A stretch of 60,848 bases of DNA, filler included, from Basidiobolus ranarum (taxonomy: Eukaryota): assembly GCA_040143965.1 (NCBI GenBank). It is 13 parts of 13 records of this genome, joined end to end, with 100 filler letters (N's around TTAATTAATTAA, not from the genome) between each part and the next. Parts side by side here need not be neighbours in the genome. Positions count along the whole stretch, not along the records: positions 37,556 to 42,137 come from JASJQH010001904.1; positions 42,238 to 46,817 come from JASJQH010001905.1; positions 46,918 to 51,495 come from JASJQH010001906.1; 10 more parts are not named here. The stretch is one strand, 5' to 3'. The notes below the pieces were generated by a model. The model ran no database searches and was not told the origin of the DNA. It saw only the letters and a program-made list of their open reading frames with translations. Of the stretch, positions 37,456-50,949 are shown piece by piece (positions within the stretch are counted from its first letter, which is position 1; each line of letters begins with the position of its first letter). The position numbers were made by a program, and so were the translations under genes.

Positions 37456-39499
37456 NNNNNNNNNNNNNNNNNNNNNNNNNNNNNNNNNNNNNNNNNNNNT
37501 TAATTAATTAANNNNNNNNNNNNNNNNNNNNNNNNNNNNNNNNNNNNNNNNNNNNTGCTGCTACCGTAGCCAATGCGCTCCGTTTACCACAACCAGCTAA
37601 TTGGGATTCCAAATTCGTCTCCATTTACTAAAGCGATCAAAATGGAGTTGTTCATATTCTTTATTACGCACATTTTATAAGAAATAAAAGCATTTCCAAA
37701 ACTTTCCTGATATTCATTATACTGTTCAAGTGGAAACAGTATGGATAATGAAAAGCTAGATGGTTGAATGTTAATCTGGTCACGATTTGGCTCATACATC
37801 CTATTACTATGATGGATCTTTTAACAAACGTAGATGGCAACTACTAAGACTTGTATGTCTTCACTAGATTCTAATTCAATACTACCGAGAACATGTCTAA
37901 TGTAAAGCAAAAATCTCCGAAACCATTTCACAGTATAGATGTCGAATGTCGAATGAACACAATGCTCAGAGTAAAGATCTGTAGGAAGCTTCATTTACAT
38001 GAGAATATAATATACTGGTTAGATTCTAGTAAGAAACCTTTTTTATGGATTAATAAGTGTAAAACTTGGTCATCAGACCACCAGTTCTTCCATTTTTTGT
38101 TGATCATGAATTATATACAGTGACGATATATTATGTTGGCAATATAATTGTAGTAAAGTTAATGAAGTGGTGTGAGGGATATGATTTGGAATAGATAATT
38201 GAATTCTCCGACTTACTCCAAGTTGGATATAAATCTCCATTATATTCTTTTATGTTCTCTTTCTTTTTTGCGTGAGTAATTTTGCATTTCCTTTATTTTG
38301 TTAAGAATCAGTATTGGCTCTAACCACAATCCTGTGTCATGGGAATGCACTCGTCAACAAACAAGATTTGAGCTGCGATTGAGCACAAATGGTAGTATGA
38401 GGATGGCAGTATTGAGATGGTAGTATTGGAATGGTATGGTTATTGGGTTGGTAGCAATTATTTAACAAAGTTCTTTTGGGTGCAGCAACAGATTTATGCA
38501 ATCCGAAATCGAAGCCATTGCAGTTATAAACTTCACGTGAGCCTTATTTCACGTTTCTTTATTGTACTACTAATCAATCGAAAATATCGCCTTTATTTTC
38601 TTTGCGAATGCAGAGGTAACACTAAACCAGAAAGACATGAGAGAATCAACCATTTCACCCATATTCCATTGCATGAAGGATATGAGATTACCAGACAAAC
38701 CGAATTCTTTCAAAAGTATGGCCCTCACATGATAGTATTGTTGCATTCACTAAATATGGGCTTAAAAGCTGCCGTGGATAGAAGAGGACCAAGTAGACAA
38801 TGATTCACTTCTTCGAGGCATGAATTCAGTGAAAGGAGCCATCTTAGAATTTTTCATCGAATGAGCATAGGCTATTAGGAATGTTATGCAGAATCAGTCA
38901 CTACACTCTCTTTGGTTACACACAAACGACCGGTTCATTGACAACGGAGTAGCGTGCATCAGCGAAATATCTAGTCTCAGAATTCTCAATCTCAGGTCGC
39001 AATTGGAAACATTTACTAGGGAGAGAATTCAAGCAATAGCGGTGGTACTATGTAACAAAGTGCCTCAGAAATCGAAAGACTGACTGAGCTTAGCGTTAAA
39101 AGTACAAAATGGTGATGTCTAAAGTACTTTTCACTATGTTACCTAATTCAGATGTTCTTATCAAGTAAATACGTTGGCTGCGACTTATACTCTGCTCCTA
39201 GTCAATAAACTCGCCTCTCTTTGGGGGCTGAAAAAAAACCAAAAAAATACATCTCTTTTACTTCTTGTTTCCCCAGTTTTTGTAAAGATATATGCTCCAG
39301 GATATCTAAAACTGAAAAGTTTAGTTTCTGTTTGCATAAGATCCGAGAACTCTACAATGACACAGACTATGATGCTGTTAATTTGTGGTGTTTGCTGATG
39401 CGCTCTACTGAAGAGCGTTTTTGCAAGCATTTTTCGTAAGGTAATACATCTGCATCCACTTCATTATTCAACTCGATATTTGCCCCAAAGCCTGATGGT

Positions 39500-39845
39500 G
39501 CTAAATTCTTTTGAGAGTATGTCAGAAGTGGCTTGGAGGGCTAGAAGAACTGGTGATTTTCACTTTTAGATTTATTAAGTAGAAAGATGACATTTACGAT
39601 TTTTCAAACTGCAATTGAAAAACTTGTAGGAGACGTTAAGGAAGGTCTCAGGCAGATGTGTACAAAGTTTGGGGCTTCCAATATACGTTTGTAAGTTCTA
39701 TATGTATGAGAATGTCAAACATGGTTAAAATGTTCAAAGTAAATTTCATTTGAGAATAGTGGGTGATACCTTAGTAAGATTGGGAATAACAAAATATTTA
39801 GCTATATATGACTATATAGATGCTTAGGCTATGTCTATTTCAGCT
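39500..39845 (-). mobile_element. Old, diverged Copia family A LTR
   Basis: Recognisable AAAGTTTGGGGCTTC and GCTATATATGACTATATAG cores with degenerate termini. Confidence 0.75.
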
Positions 39846-40092
39846 GATTGGAGCCAGTATCAAAGTCTTCATAATTACAAATTTGATCTGAGTACTGTTT
39901 GGGATTCTATATTCATTACTATTAGGCACTGGCATTAAATTCATTTGTGCTCTCACTGTTGAAATATCTTTACCTGGTTTCTACTTTCTAGCTCATGCTA
40001 TTGTTTTGGATATTTGCCCTGTAGATATACTAGAATTAAGCTCTTGATTATTCATATAAGGTCACTCAATAATCCTTACAAAATCCCCCTAT

Positions 40093-40560
40093 TTGTCAGT
40101 CCTTGTAGTCCCTGACACACTGATGCTTGAACTTGCCACAGTATATTCCCTATTCAGTATATTATGCTTCACCCTGCAATATCTATATAAGCTCCCTGTT
40201 TTCTTTGATCAGACCTCAATGTGATCAATGCCAGCTGTCAACAAAGATTCTTGCCCAAGTAGCTTCCTTCTCCAGTCTTGTCTTGTCTTGCCTTGTGGTC
40301 TACACCCAGTATCCTCCTGCTTTCTAGCCCTTTATACCTGTTTCCAGTCCTTGTCTAGTTCTTTATTGTGACAGTTTCATTGAACTACTTACACGTGCCT
40401 GTAAATCCCTCTATATCCCTTTTCCCCAACCTTGAAACCCCCCAATGTTGGCTTCCCTCTTATTGCCCATCTTTCCCAAGTTTCTCTACTAAGGCAAAGG
40501 TACCTTTCACCTTTGGATAATTACTCCAAGTTTATCCTCTTCAAGACACTACCAGTTGAG
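40093..40560 (+). mobile_element. Gypsy LTR 3' part (ends TGTGACA at 40373) and leader; second copy of the 14930-15400 sequence
   Basis: Aligns with the reverse complement of about 14930-15395, e.g. AAAGATTCTTGCC and CTAAGGCAAAGGTACCTT. Confidence 0.8.
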
Positions 40561-40564
40561 TTAT

Positions 40565-41285
40565 AGTTGTAAATTTGGATAAAATTAGTGCAACAAGAGA
40601 ATTTCAGTTAGAACACTGAGATGATTTGTATGCAATCATAAATAACAACTACAAAGTTGCTGTACAGGCCATGACAAGCAATAACACTGCAATATTGCAA
40701 AAAATGGTGCATTCTGAAGCAACTAAGCAATAATCAGAGAGTCACTCAACAATAATATTAGACCTTTGGAAACTGTACTTGAGCAACAGCAACATGCTGT
40801 TCCCTATGTCCATTCTCATATGGGATTTCAAGTAATCCCACACCATACATATGAATGTCACCATGATAATCTAGCAGAGCAGAATATGTGTTGCACCATT
40901 AAGCATACTAAACAACCCAAAAGTGCTTGGGTTCATGAAAGTAGAATTCTCATAGGAAAGCCAGCTGACCAAAAGACTCTTACTGTCCAAGCTGCCATCA
41001 CTTGCTCTGATAATGAGAGATTCAAAATTTTGGAAGCTGTGTGGAATCTTGCCCAAAATCACCTTGATAAGAGCCAATTATTGAAAAACTAAAAATCAGG
41101 CATTACTCTTAGGAGTGCTAAATTTGGAATTTATCCAACACCTGTCACCTTGCAACAAGCCAAAACGCCAGTAAATAAAACTCATGGCTCTGCAACCTCA
41201 ACTGGTACTTTTGAAAGTGTTGAAACTAACCCCAAACTCAAAGGCAAGCCAAATGCCACACAAACTATGCAAAGCACCCATGGTA
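40565..41285 (+). mobile_element. Unclassified repeated element with a decayed ORF, copy 2
   Basis: ...QQHAVPYVHSHMGFQVIPHHTYECHHDNLAEQNMCC...ILIGKPADQKTL, homologous to 17460-18345. Confidence 0.65.
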
Positions 41286-41647
41286 GGGTCATACCACAAG
41301 GATGTATAAAAATAGTCAAAGTGCTGGAGAAGTATTTACAAAAGTATATTGGGAAAGATGCAGTGCAAGTATGCAAAAAGTGACTTCAGAATGAAGAACA
41401 TTGAACTTGACATTCAGTCTGGTGTTGACCATGCAGATATCTGGGATGAACGTGATACAGAATGGCATAATATGGCAGGGTATCTGCCAGATAGTTCAAT
41501 TAATGTTGATTCTGCAACTTTAATACAATGGTATGCTTTAATGGAGATATGGATTTAAGCTTCTGTTGGATATGTGCTAAACCATGTGTATGAAGAACTC
41601 AATAAATATATTCAGGAGAATATAGCAAAGAAACTAGTGATTTTGAA

Positions 41648-41885
41648 GGTGACAAATTAGCAATCAAGTGGTAAATGTGTTAATTTGAGTTATGTTTTTT
41701 GCACATGTGTTGATCCATAATTCTTTGAGATTGTAGCCAAGCATGTGCAACTATTCTGCAAGATACTAAAATTTCACTCCTGAGACTGAAAAAATTGATT
41801 AAAATCAAATCTAACTTGATGATTTTATGATGGTAAGTAAACTGTCAATCCCAAATGGATTAAAATTGTGATGGGTTTAGTGATA
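41648..41885 (+). repeat. Dispersed repeat D, copy 3
   Basis: Matches 32340-32605. Confidence 0.85.
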
Positions 41886-41924
41886 GTTTTCTGATTCTAA
41901 CCATCCTGAAATACCCATTAGAGA

Positions 41925-42137
41925 TAGTAATCAATGCAATTTCTGATTCAATTTGATCTCCTGGTTTGGCATAAAGGTACACAACATCTACTATTGCATT
42001 AAGCACTTTAGTTGACTGATCTAAAGTTGAAGGGTCATCAAGAATGCTATCTTCTTCATTGTGTTGGTTTGATTCAATTTGAATGAAAAGTTCAGGAAAA
42101 AATTGATTTTTGTCAGTATTTAAGGTCCTTTTGGGTG
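41925..42137 (-). mobile_element. Copia family A post-integrase linker fragment
   Basis: Reverse complement matches about 31100-31310 (CAATGAAGAA.ATAGCATTC, CCAGGAGATCAAATT). Confidence 0.7.
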
Positions 42138-43877
42138 NNNNNNNNNNNNNNNNNNNNNNNNNNNNNNNNNNNNNNNNNNNNTTAATTAATTAANNNNNNN
42201 NNNNNNNNNNNNNNNNNNNNNNNNNNNNNNNNNNNNNCGCAGAAACATCAAGTTTAATAATGCTATGAAAGAACATTCATCTTTATCTTTCTAGTTTCCT
42301 CCTTATTCCAATTAACATTATTAATGAAATCTCCCTTACTCGACTCTACTACCCAATCTTGACATCAACCTACTTTTTATAGTTACTTTGGTTGCACCAT
42401 CTTTAACATATCATCCATCATATGAATTCCCGCTCACCGCTCAACTTCAACATGCAAACAAAAAACGCAACGCAACGCAACAAAATGAAATAGTCGACGT
42501 TAATCCATAGAGAATTGAGAGGGTTTCAATTTGGGATTATATTGTCCGATTTTTTCTTCTTAAAAAGTATATAATATTCACCCTCTCATGCAACATTCAT
42601 ACTTGGCTTTGATTTCCATCCTCTTCCTCTCGTTCCCGTTAAGCGCTCTACATTTCATTGTTACCAACACATTCTCGATTAAATATATACATGTATATTA
42701 TGTCGTTGAACATAAAACCAAGATTGAGATATTTTTACAATGAATTAATCATTCTAGGAACTCGATAGAAATTTAAGTTGAAGTACACGTGTACTTTACT
42801 TGATTTTGAGTGAAATCACGTTAAAGTGTGATTAAGATTGGTAGATCCCAATTTGAATATATATTAATTGATTCGTAATCTAGGGAAAAGTTTACCAATC
42901 ATTAACCTCGCAACTTTAATGATCATGTTAATCTCAATCAAGATTCGTATATTCTCCACCTCTAAATCAACTACATAAAAGTTTCTCAAGAGATTCTTTG
43001 AGAGAAACAAATGAGAAACTTTGAATTCCATAGCATTAATTTCAACTTTGAGATATTATGAAACTATTTGCAATTGATGGAGCATGGAATTTGAGCTCTG
43101 CCAAACATTTCCACATCAATATCAATTTTGCCCTGAGAGTTTTTGTTAGTATTGGATGGCTTGAGGCTGGTGGGCCCGAGAAAATGTAATCAATTTGTAG
43201 ACTTAGATTTGAGAATTATTTGTACCATGTAATGTATTGACTCTAGTGATACTCCTTTTCTAAGTCTTATTTGTGAAGATTTCCTGCATATAAAAAATGC
43301 TTAATTAATGACATCAATTAAGTATAAAAGGTAGCGCTAGAGACAATGCTTATTAGATTTCCCATGTTATTGATCAATTATGAACCTTGGTAATGGTTAG
43401 GAATCAACCATTTGCTTTTATCAAGTTTACAATGGAGCAATAAGAAATACTCGAGCTCATACGACCCAAGTGTTTCAAAAACTAATTTATCATCATCATG
43501 CCTATGTTTCTGTAAATCAAAGCCAAGGCAAGCCTGAAATTAGTTATTCAGTAGATTGAAAGTATTCTATTAGCCAAATAAGGAGTATTTAACAGTATAT
43601 TTAATACGGATTAGCTATACTTTGATTCACCGCAAAGTCCATATATTTACTTTGGTCACTATGCTACATGCTCCAGTTATAGCGTGTGCTATTTTGAGTC
43701 ATCAGCCGAGTACTTTAGTACGAGGTATCCGTATCGGAGGCATAGAGTTTGATGATAATATTAAATCATCAAAGTGCTGGTATTAATGGTCATTTTGGTG
43801 GAAGATTCTGGTGCAGTGCAAGAATATATTGGTCCATATGAAATACAATAAAACAAAAAATAGCTATGGGTTGTAAT

Positions 43878-44207
43878 TGTTAAAGTATTTTGGAAGCCTG
43901 TTGGAAGTGGTTTGGAGTACTAGAGAAATTGGTGGTTTTCACTTATTGATTTGTTGAGTAGAAAGTTGACACTATTAGTTTTGTCAAGATGTAAATAAAC
44001 AAACATGTAAAATATATTAAGAAAGGTCCCAGGAACATGTGTGCAAAGTTCGGGGCTTCTAGCACAAGTTTGAAAAATCTATATATCTGAGAACTTCTAA
44101 GTAAATTCCTCTTGAGAATAATGGGTGATATCTTGGTGAAATATAGGGTAACTAAATACTAAGTTATATATGACTATATAGGTGTTTAGGCAATGCTAAT
44201 TTCAACA
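43878..44207 (-). mobile_element. Copia family A solo LTR, perfect TSD GTAAT
   Basis: TGTTAAAG...TTTCAACA flanked by GTAAT at 43873-43877 and 44208-44212. Confidence 0.95.
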
Positions 44208-46235
44208 GTAATATCGTGGTTGATAGTGAGAATGAGTTAACTGTAACAAACTAACCATTATATTGAAAGTGGCGTTTTTATAAAAAAAATTCCGACTCGG
44301 TTCATATATATACATCAGAATTTGATTATTTTCCTGATGCAAATGGATCGATCGGGCCGATGCTCCTATGAATCGCTAGAAACATTTTCATATGGTAATG
44401 AAAAGTGGTCATAGCTGTATCATATAAAGCATATTATTAATGCAGTCGAACACACTGTAAATTCAGTTTATCATAAGTTTATATTACAGATTTATTATAG
44501 TGAAATTGCGATTAAGATTGGTATGTTACTATTCTTCAGTTCGCCCATATTGCAAAGGTATATACAGTGAAGTACAGGAATATTTGAGTGTAGTAGGACA
44601 CCTCATTAATAGATGTGATTATATATGTCTTCTAAGACTCTTGGACTAGCTGAAGCATGAGACGAAGAGCAATATACTGGTAGTGTAATGCGAGCTCCTG
44701 ATGGTAGAGATAAGAATCAGTGCTATGGTGATCATCCGATGAGTTGAGCCGAGCCATGCTTGTATTAATAGTAAACCTAAATAGTTGCTTATATATAATT
44801 TCATGTTGAATCATCCGCTGGGTTTTAAACATAAGACTACTATGACATCATAATTTGATTAGTGTGACTTGGTCTAATCCGCGAGTTACGTGGCGAAATC
44901 ACTCCAAGCTAACCTAAATTTAGGACCTGTACCGATTCTTTGTGTCTTAACAGTCATGACATCATTAAAAAGAGATCTAACTAATTTTGGTAGTGTTGAT
45001 TGAAAGGTCTAGACCCATTTTACCTGCAAGATACATATCCGGTTAGTTCATTATGATTTTACTAAGCGGAGAAAAAAGGATTCAGCCATTGAAACTCTTA
45101 ATATTTGACTGATGAAGGATGCACGATGAGGTCATGAGTTTGTGCGGTTCAAGGGAATTAGGGTTGATGTTTTTACATGGCTCTAAACCAGTTGATTAAC
45201 TCGTTTGAATTACATCAAGTTTACCTGGAACGTATAAATAATAAACTGTCGGTTGTTCTCTTTTTTCTAACTCAAAATCTCAACCACCTGTCTAACACTA
45301 AAGCAGCTGATGAGTAGCAAAATGGCCTCTGAATCCACCAAGATCACCACTACCTGCAGCATTAGGAGTTCTTCCAATTTCAGCCCTCAATATCCGAATT
45401 CCCAAACAATGAGGGAGAAGAACACTAAATTGGCCATCAAAGAATATCACCAGGGCTTGGCCATTCAATACCGGTACTGCTTGCTATACGCCTTAGTACA
45501 GACTACTTCGTGCGTAGAAAATCTCTCTGACAAAAGAAATTAGGATCGGACTAGCTGACATCGTGTACAAACAGTTCTTCGAACCATTTATGCTAAGAAG
45601 TTACAATGTAAAATCTATATATATTTTCTAAGTCTTCACTGTCATACCTTACTATTTCTAAATTCCAATTTATTTTGCAAACATTCTATGATTATTACTC
45701 GAACTAAGGTGTATATTGTAATCCATTTAAATTCATCGAATTGGACCTTATTCTATTTTGAAGTAACTAATATTAAAAATATATATAACCTATGCAACTA
45801 ATAGTTGTCTAAAATAGCGTCAGTTCTTGGTTAAATACCAAGGAGTGGAGTAACAATGGTTGATTGTTAACTTCCCCCACACCGATTCGGGTACATCATG
45901 TCATTGCAAGGAGCTCGGATGATACTCAATTTCCTCTCAAGATTCGTAAGGGTTATAAACTCCTCAATCATATCGGTAGTCTGGTTTAGGGGATTTCATG
46001 TTCCAATCGTAACATATATAAATCAAAGTTGGAGTATGATGTATTATACTGTATATTTCAAAGTTAAAAACAGAATTTATAAAAAATCCAAGAAACACTC
46101 GATTCATTTAATAGCTTTACCACTATTCCAACTCGATTAAAGAGGAAGGAAAAGAGGGGAGAGGGAGAAATGGTTGAAGAGAAATGTTAGTTAAATATGG
46201 TATTTTAAAGAGTTACTAATTTACCAACACGTGCT

Positions 46236-46817
46236 CTATATTTTTTCTGGCCAGTCACAAATGATCGCAGTACCATATGGTTTACATACAGTACCATCAC
46301 CACAAGTTGATACAATCCACTTACCGTGGACGCACCAATTGAATTCAGGTTGGTTAGCACCATGACACTTGTAAGTTCCAGAGACACACTCTTCCGTGTT
46401 GGTTGGGACGGAAGGGCAATCACTGTTTGTAACAGTCTTGGTAACGGTTACTGTTATAGGAGCGCAGGTGGTTTCGGTAGGTACCACTGTATCAGTGTTG
46501 GTTATAGTAGGGGCTACTATTGCAGTCGAGGAGATGGTCTCAGAGGCAGTGGGCACCACTGTTTCGGTAGGGGTAACAGTCTCAGAAGCAGTAGAAGTAG
46601 CAGTCTCTGTAGGTACTACTGTACCGGTAGAGGTAGTAGTTTCAGAAGCAGTAGCAGTAACAGTGTCTGTCGGTGCTACTGTATCAGTGGAGGTAACAGT
46701 CTCAGAGGCAGTAGAAGTAATAGTTTCTGTTGGTACTACTGTATCAGTGGAAGTAGCAGTCTCAGTAGGTACTACTGTACCGGTAGAGGTAGTAGTTTCA
46801 GAAGCAGTAGCAGTAAC
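46236..46817 (-). CDS. C-terminus of a Thr-rich repeat protein with a CBM19-like chitin-binding module; 5'-truncated
   Basis: Repeats of TVVPTETATSTASETVT followed by CVSGTYKCHGANQPEFNWCVHGKWIVSTCGDGTVC...CDWP; frame is open up to the linker. Confidence 0.85.
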   Translation of the reverse strand, partial: VTATASETTTSTGTVVPTETATSTDTVVPTETITSTASETVTSTDTVAPTDTVTATASETTTSTGTVVPTETATSTASETVTPTETVVPTASETISSTAIVAPTITNTDTVVPTETTCAPITVTVTKTVTNSDCPSVPTNTEECVSGTYKCHGANQPEFNWCVHGKWIVSTCGDGTVCKPYGTAIICDWPEKI

Positions 46818-46917
46818 NNNNNNNNNNNNNNNNNNNNNNNNNNNNNNNNNNNNNNNNNNNNTTAATTAATTAANNNNNNNNNNNNNNNNNNNNNNNNNNN
46901 NNNNNNNNNNNNNNNNN

Positions 46918-48615
46918 GTTAATTTGAATACAGGAAATTGGGCAATTTTCAATCATTTTGCTCAAATAATCAAATCCAATATGGCCAAATCTCTATGCCA
47001 TAATTGAATAGTTTCTTGATTGGAATCACTTATATGTACACATATACCTCTCAGATTTTATGTAAGCTTGTTTATGTTTTGATCCTTTGCTCCCACAGCT
47101 AAATAATTCCCATTTTGATCAGTGATGGTGCATTGTGACTTATGAAAATTGAATTTAAGCCCTTCTGAGGTGGCCTTGCATATAGATATTAAATTCTTGG
47201 CAATATCTGAAATATGAAGTACATCCTTAAAAGTATGTACTTTCCCTTCAGAAGCTCCAGTTAAATTGACTTGAATTGTTCCCATTCCAATAGTATCCAA
47301 TGTGTGGTCATCTCCCATTAAAACCTTTCTATTGGTATTTGTTCATATTCCACAGACCAATGTTTTCATTTGTTGAATGTTGGGAAGCTCCTGAATCAAC
47401 TTACCATGTCTGAGAATCCTTGTTAGTAGTCATAGATAGAGCAGAAGTGAATAAGTGATCTTCTGTTGTAACCACATTTCCAGATCCAGTATGTTTTTCT
47501 TCTTTTGCAAGTCTTATAAAGTAATCTTTGCTTAAATGGCCAGTTCTTTTACAGTAATCACAGAATATGTTACTTTTCTTCTTAAAGTGCTTTTGACCTT
47601 TATAGGAAAGTCTCCATAGCCTATTAAAGCATTTTCCTCATTCTTATCATTAAGTCCTGATTTGTGTAAATCTTCATCCAGAAGTCTGCCAAATACATAA
47701 TTTACGGTCAAATTTTCAGTTTTTGATTCTAGAACCATTACTTGGCTCTGAAACTCATGTGGCAGTCTATTCTGGACTATAACAATGTTCTCTTGATCAA
47801 AAGCAGGTACCATAATGCATTCCATTTCATCCACTAAAATAGTGACTATATTAATTAGTGATTTAATGTCTTCTCCTGCCTTCATCTTTGAGTTAAAGAA
47901 TTGTCTTCTTATAAACATTTTGTTAGCAGCAGAACTTATTTGGTAGGTGGCTTCCAAGGCTTTCCATACCTTCTTGGCAATATTAGCTTTTGAACATTGA
48001 CTTAGCAATTTGTATTTAACATTAAGATAAATGGTGTTCAAGACACTTTGTTCTTTTTTAACTTGGAGTGAAATTTTGGTTACAGAAAGTTTTGCATTGT
48101 TTTTTTCTCCTACAACAGTGTCCCAAAGTCCTTTTTCTGGCAGCAGCATTTTTATTTTAATTTTCCAAACTTGATAATTGAGGCCATCCAATTTTTCAGC
48201 AGAGGGAACAGTTACATAAATTTGAGAAGTAGACATTACAGAGAGTGCAAGCTTTGCACTCTTAACCTGTTAAAGTATTTGGAAGCCTGTTCAAAGTGGT
48301 TTGCAGAATTAGAGGAATTGGTGGTTATTAATTATTGATTTATTGAGTAGAAAGTTGACATTGATTGTTTTGTCAAGATGTAAACAAACTAACATTTAGA
48401 ATATGTTATGGAAGGTCCTAGGAACATGTGTGCAAAGTTTGGGGCTTCTAGCACAAGTTTGAAAAATCTATATATCTGAGAACTTCCAAGGTGGTAAAAA
48501 TATTCTAAGCAAATTCCAATTTATAGTAACGGATAATATTTTAGTGAATAATAAGATAACTAAGTACTAGGCTATATATAACAATATTGGTGTCTAGACT
48601 ATGCTAGTTTCTACA
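46918..48615 (-). mobile_element. Copia family A 5' part: LTR (48615-48268), degenerate PBS, gag, protease, pre-integrase
   Basis: 234-aa gag ORF MSTSQIY...LDGLNYQVWKIKIKMLL; protease DSGASQH remnant; LWHRDLA-type pre-integrase remnant. Confidence 0.92.
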
Positions 48616-48990
48616 GAAACACAATTTGGTTTAGTGGGCCACATCCATAAAAGACACCATGACAAAAGGCTTTGGGTTGAGAGGCATGCACCATTTGTAA
48701 GTTAAGAGAAGACTATGGCTGATTTGGCATAGGTTGGGGGGGAATGCAGAAGGCTAGGATGTGTCACTGCTAACAAGAGGCCCAGAGTAGGGATACTCAC
48801 AAAGAGGCAAAAGCTTTATAGTGACATTTTTTCCCTTTTTAGAGCAAGAGTAGAACATAGCTTTGGCTTCCTAAAGAGATATAGCATTGTAGCAGGAATG
48901 TATTGAGGAAAATCATTTTGTGAGCTTCAATCAAAGCTAGGCAAAGTAGTCAAAATCTTGGTCAATTATTAATACATTCACACTTAAATA
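48616..48990 (+). mobile_element. PIF/Harbinger-type (DDE_Tnp_4, ISL2EU-like) transposase remnant
   Basis: IWFSGPHP/RHHDKRLW...EKTMADLA*VG...KRPRVGILTKRQKLY...RARVEHSFGFLKRYSI: second and third catalytic residue motifs (AD, RxRVE). Confidence 0.75.
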
Positions 48991-49259
48991 TATCCATTGA
49001 GAGCTCAAGACTCAAGACACTATGAATAAAGCTTATATGAACTTTTGAAAGTACAATAATATTGAAAAGCATTTTTCCTTAATATGCCACAAAAGTGCAA
49101 CTTTTCCCTCTGAAATGGTAAATAATATCATGCCAGATAGTGCCCGATCAGGCCAATTTGTGCTGGCACACTTTTTAGCTGGGCTGATCTGGCTTAATAA
49201 AATGGAACAAGTTCAATACTGATAAATGGTAAATAAAAGGGGGTAGTACTAGCAGTGTG

Positions 49260-50170
49260 ATATGATTGGCTAGAAGTATGGGTAAGTCAAACATGGTTGG
49301 TAAAATATAAATTTTGGGATAGTAAGTATATGAGCTAGCAATGGATATATGTCAACCTGCCAATCAATAGCAATGGCATCCCACTACACCAGTATTCAAT
49401 ACATTCCTTGCTGCATCTCTCATAATGCTGAGAGATTATAGACCCTTGCTATACATTCAGGGAGTTCCCAATGGAGTGCACCTGTGGTGAGATGATTCTC
49501 CATGTGAAATTGTCAGTTTTGCCATATGCTATTTTATTTAACAATGTTTTGGCAAAATCAGTGATGGATGTAATGTAATAGTTTAAGCAGACTGCAGACT
49601 ATACTAACCTTCCAACAAAGGGCTCTCTTCAATGTGCTCACAGGTTTTTGCATAATTTGAGCATAATAATGGCAACAAAGCCAAATCCATGAACTCAGAG
49701 TAAGTACCTCTATAATTTAACTAATTTGTATGGGTGATAATGTGACATTATTTCTAGGAGAGCTTCAAGATAGGCTTCTTGGTGAGATAGTTTGAGATAC
49801 ACAGTATATTGATTTAGCCATGGGAAACTCTATTCAAGCAATGACATACCTGCTTGTGGCAGAACATTTGCTGACTGCCAGTTAAGGATATTTTGGCTGA
49901 ATTTTTTGAAGACATTTGCCCAAATCCAGAGCTTACTCTCATTATGAGCAGTAATAAGAGTCAGCTCTTTGCCAAGTGTCAGTGCTATTCAGAATCTCAG
50001 ATTTTTAGCAATTTTTCCACTGTTAGTTGGCTGGTGAAGCATATTAATGTTGTTAGGTTGTGTCTGGCCAGTCTAGTACATGTATATGTGGAGACTAAAA
50101 ACAACAAGATTCTTGTATTTTTTGATTCTCATTATGGCAGGAATATGAAGCCAAAAGTATGTAAATAAAG
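49260..50170 (+). mobile_element. CACTA transposase C-terminal (DUF4218-like) remnant
   Basis: IHSLLHLS*C*EIIDPCYTFREFPMECTCGEMILHVKLSVLPYAILFNNV matches HxLxHL...GP...WxFPMERxCG...KS..PY. Boundaries are approximate. Confidence 0.65.
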
Positions 50171-50479
50171 GCATGCATATGAATTCAAATTTTTATAGCA
50201 GTAAACCCAGTAATTTGCATTTGAAAATTAGTTTTTGGCAAAAATTGTTGGAAATTAAATAACTTATGCCAAATATCAGGATTAATATTTTACCATGTAG
50301 GATTTCCATCATAATACTGTCAAGAAGCTGCTATCTCACCATCAAAATCCCTGGCAGTATGCAAGCCACCAATACTGTGATAGCTCTCTGATGGTTTTGT
50401 GATCCAGAAAGATGGATCTGATCCAGATCAAAGCAATTTTATCTTTGTAAGGGAAGTTGTTGTGATCCTAATCTTAGAT

Positions 50480-50945
50480 GTATCTCTCTAAATGTCTATC
50501 TGTCTTTTTCTTTGAAGGTCACCCTGGCTTCTTTGTTTCAGTATCAGAATATGTACTCTGTACCTCAGAAGTTTCTTCTTTGTCATCTGGTTGAACTATT
50601 TCCCAGACATCTTTCCCTTAAAGTACAAGTTGCATCTTGAATATCTGTTGAGGGAAATCTTCAACATTGAATAGTGGACGATTAGTAATCTCTTTTAGGG
50701 GAAAAGACTCTAATTCACTTGCTCCTACTATGTTGGAGGATCTTGATATAATGCAAGTACACTTCATATATTACAGACAGCTTATGAAATTGTTTTAGTT
50801 ACTTTATTTATAAGAGAATATAGTGACTTTTATGATACAGTGGTAAATTGATTGTAGGAGATATTCAAGAGTTTGTGTAATACAACAAAATAGATAAGTG
50901 GGGGTAATAAGACATACTTATTATATAGATATAAAGATCAAATAT
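50480..50945 (-). mobile_element. Another Copia family (E): partial LTR, leader and gag N-terminus, copy 1
   Basis: FKMQLVL*GKDVWEIVQPDDKEETSE (DUF4219-like); homologous to 52480-52945. Confidence 0.7.
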
Positions 50946-50949
50946 CCAA

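Noticed and set aside
39174-39490. Possible LINE RT C-terminal remnant
   Set aside because: Similarity too weak; no diagnostic RT motif.
46326-46869. Long plus-strand Val-rich and Ser/Arg-rich ORFs
   Set aside because: Antisense frames of the Thr-rich repeat gene.
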